From: Octopus bimaculoides
Taxonomy: Eukaryota
Length of the DNA stretch: 36,673 nucleotides
Assembly (NCBI RefSeq): GCF_001194135.2
Contig: NC_068992.1
Coordinates: 23,105,293-23,141,965 of the forward strand
Reading direction: 5' to 3'
Below the pieces are notes generated by a model, which ran no database searches, was not told where the DNA came from, and saw only the letters and a list, made by a program, of their open reading frames with translations. Positions 35,174-36,673 of the stretch are shown in pieces; the stretch's first letter is position 1; each line of letters opens with the position of its first letter. The position numbers and the translations under genes are program-made.

Positions 35174-36673
35174 TTACATACAGGCATATGTGTATGTATC
35201 CGTCCATTATTCACGATCACAGGTATGTGAGTAATTGTCTAAAAATAGATGTCTTCAATCATATGGGAGCTGTTACTTATATAGATATCAAGATTTTAAA
35301 TCACATTAAGATTAATTTACTAGAGCTAATTAACATTACTTCCTGCCTATCGTGATATATCGGCTACAGAGTAAGACTGAACGCTTATGATTGACGAGGT
35401 TATCTAAAAGTGTATAAACCCACACACTTGCATCTCTGCTACAAATATATTAATCATAATTGAAAATGTTTTATTAGCACAGAAATTAGAAATACAAAAC
35501 TATTCATGAATAATTTATAGCCCTTCCTGCTATAAGGGACAAAAGACTGCAGGTAATTTCTGCTGATGTATATTGTTTCAGTAATAATCATTTATCTTTA
35601 GAAAGGTGTGAAAAAGGAAACTAATGGTACACATGACTGTAATTTCTAATTTGTAACTGAAATTAAAAAAAAATATAATGGTAATAGTGAATTATGTAGT
35701 CAAACAATGAAAATTCCATGGGCATTTGAGTCGTGATTAACTAATTCCTTTCAATATAACATATTCATTATTAGACTATTCTAAATAGTGAGGTAACATA
35801 AGCAATATGCATGTTAGAATCTTCAATAATAATTTAGCATTCCTCAAGAGAAAGAGTAGTATTTCATTTTGCGTATAAATATACATAAGTATAACATTAT
35901 ATAAATTAACAGTAATGATAATGAAATTAAACGAACGCGAGCGTCATTTTTAGTCACAATACCGGTGTACCCATGGCTGCGCATACACAGGCGATAACGT
36001 TAATTATGCTATAGCTTTATTGCAACAGCGGTTGTTGCAGCAACTACAATATAAGTATTATTTATATATAAATAGAACAAGATATTCAATTAAAATATTT
36101 CAAATGCCATCACAATCGAAAATTGAATTAATTAAATTTTCATACAAATATTTGAAGAAGCTTTAATAATGTAGTATGTGTTGAAATGCAAAATTAATTA
36201 TTAAGACTTTTAGTTATGTACAAATAGCAACATGTTAAATTAAAAATTATTGTTTCTGAAATGAGGAAATTGTGAGAGTAATAACTTATAGATTTGTCTA
36301 CAGAAATAGAAACATATTCCTTTTCATTTTATAGCAGACAAGAAAATTTGAAACATATTGCAAGAGGTGATCATATATAAATGAAATGACTTCAGTTGTC
36401 TTAAATATATTGATGCAAATAAAGACAATGGATGATAAATACTAGACATTTGTAGCGAGTTCAACAACAGATAACAAAATACATAATTATAGTAAATTAT
36501 CAATGAAAACAAAGAAGATATACACATTTGACACATATATACTATGTATCTTATAAATTGACGGTCAAGTGGACTTTCGTAGGAGGGTATGCTATTTTGT
36601 GTAATAACGGTTCGTAAAATATCTATCTTTCTATGTATCTGTATGCATATATGTATATACGCATATATATATA

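Noticed and set aside
1-36673. CRISPR arrays, rRNA genes, prokaryotic operons or viral genes
   Set aside because: No repeat-spacer arrays, rRNA-like sequence or dense coding regions. The architecture is that of repeat-rich animal non-coding DNA.

Overview
AT-rich eukaryotic genomic DNA, dense in microsatellites, with four sized assembly gaps. I infer a coleoid cephalopod, most likely Octopus, from recognising the SINE families and the microsatellite load; this was not checked against a database. No intact, confidently identifiable host gene is present, and most entries in the ORF track are microsatellite or N-gap artefacts. Well-supported content: (1) a heavily decayed but colinear, near-complete Helitron Rep/helicase coding region at about 0.3-4.4 kb on the + strand; (2) a 5'-truncated R4/Dong-type RLE LINE inside a (TAA)n tract at 23.6-24.5 kb; (3) a ~210-bp mariner-type MITE with TIRs and TA ends; (4) about a dozen copies of three tRNA-derived SINE families, including a head-to-head inverted pair; (5) a GC-rich near-perfect 53-nt hairpin. 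More speculative: a two-exon candidate gene for a small secreted, Cys-containing, dibasic-site precursor (18.6-19.5 kb), a minus-strand signal-peptide ORF at 14.2-14.4 kb, orphan exon-like segments, and small CRE/AP-1 motif clusters. I found no evidence strong enough to claim a new biological system. The secreted-precursor candidate, the inverted SINE pair and the hairpin are the best leads. All translations and alignments were done by eye.
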